DNA of 63,469 nt, filler included, from Guillardia theta CCMP2712 (lineage: Eukaryota > Protista > Cryptophyta): NCBI RefSeq assembly GCF_000315625.1. It is 4 parts of 4 records of this genome, joined end to end, with 100 filler letters (N's around TTAATTAATTAA, not from the genome) between each part and the next. Parts side by side here need not be neighbours in the genome. Positions count along the whole stretch, not along the records: positions 61,762 to 63,469 come from NW_005434048.1; 3 more parts are not named here. One strand, 5' to 3'. A program made the position numbers and the translations under genes. Each line of letters starts with the position of its first letter. Position 1 is the stretch's first letter. The notes under the pieces were generated by a model. That model was given only the letters and a program-made list of their open reading frames with translations. It was not told the origin of the DNA and did not search any database. Positions 63,016-63,469 of the stretch are shown piece after piece.

Positions 63016-63469
63016 TCACAGCTGTTCGTTTTCCCTTCCTCCCTCCCTTCCTCCTCCTCCTCCTCCTCCTCCTCCTCCTCCTCCTCCTCCTCCTCCTCCT
63101 CCTCCTCCTCCTCCTCCTCCTCCTCCTCCTCCTCCTCCTTGCAACCTGACTCTCGATGCGGATCGCGCTCTCCTCGAGGTCCTTGAGGGTGTTGACGAAG
63201 TCAGTCTCGAGCGTGAAGTTGTCTCCCTCCAGCGTCGCGAAGTTCTTCTGGTTGAGGCCGATGAGCTCATTCAGCTTCGACATGTCCGTGTGCATCCCTG
63301 GGAGACTTTCAGACGGCAAGAGGGAGACGAGAAGAGGAGGAGGGAAGGAGAGGAGGAGGAGGAGGAGGAGGAGGAAAGGAGGAGGAGGAGGAGGAAGGAG
63401 GAGGAGGAGGAGGAGGAGGAGGAGGGGAGGAACGATGGGATAGGTGGAAAGAAGAAGTGGAAAAGTGAA
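63016..63469 (-). CDS. 3' end of a coiled-coil protein gene entering from the right edge
   Basis: Exon MHTDMSKLNELIGLNQKNFATLEGDNFTLETDFVNTLKDLEESAIRIESQ with strong GC3 bias, then a GT donor and a terminal CTG TGA. Confidence 0.55.

Overview
Gene-dense, intron-rich eukaryotic nuclear DNA, most consistent with a cryptophyte alga (inferred from short GT-AG introns, bipartite signal/transit leaders, a plant-type MSH1, ciliary genes and GGA/TCC microsatellite-filled introns). About 23 protein-coding genes can be traced. Recognisable ones are a KIF9-like kinesin, RMI2 (mostly missed by the ORF track), a pepsin-family protease, choline/ethanolamine phosphotransferase, a histidine phosphatase, a HAM1/BPI-like protein, a tesmin/LIN54 CXC protein, MSH1 with GIY-YIG, a hotdog thioesterase, an SLC43/FMP42-like MFS transporter, a possible PTD/ERCC1-like protein, a mini membrane collagen, a PKD2 channel, an hnRNP-Q-acidic-domain repeat/zinc-knuckle protein and NAPRT. 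The rest are hypotheticals. The most striking observations are: (1) an apparently circularly permuted A1 aspartic protease, whose first catalytic DTG segment lies after the C-lobe; (2) a protein with signal peptide + LRLRGG + FG repeats + WW + Kelch, a candidate nucleomorph/periplastid nucleoporin-like protein; (3) recurrent ubiquitin-tail-like LRGG motifs after signal peptides; (4) a two-state 15-bp minisatellite in a divergent promoter; (5) recurrent TACCC-rich and CpG/TGACTC-rich palindromic intergenic blocks. Three N-gaps carry a TTAATTAATTAA linker, so adjacency across them is uncertain. Exon boundaries were read by eye and are approximate.
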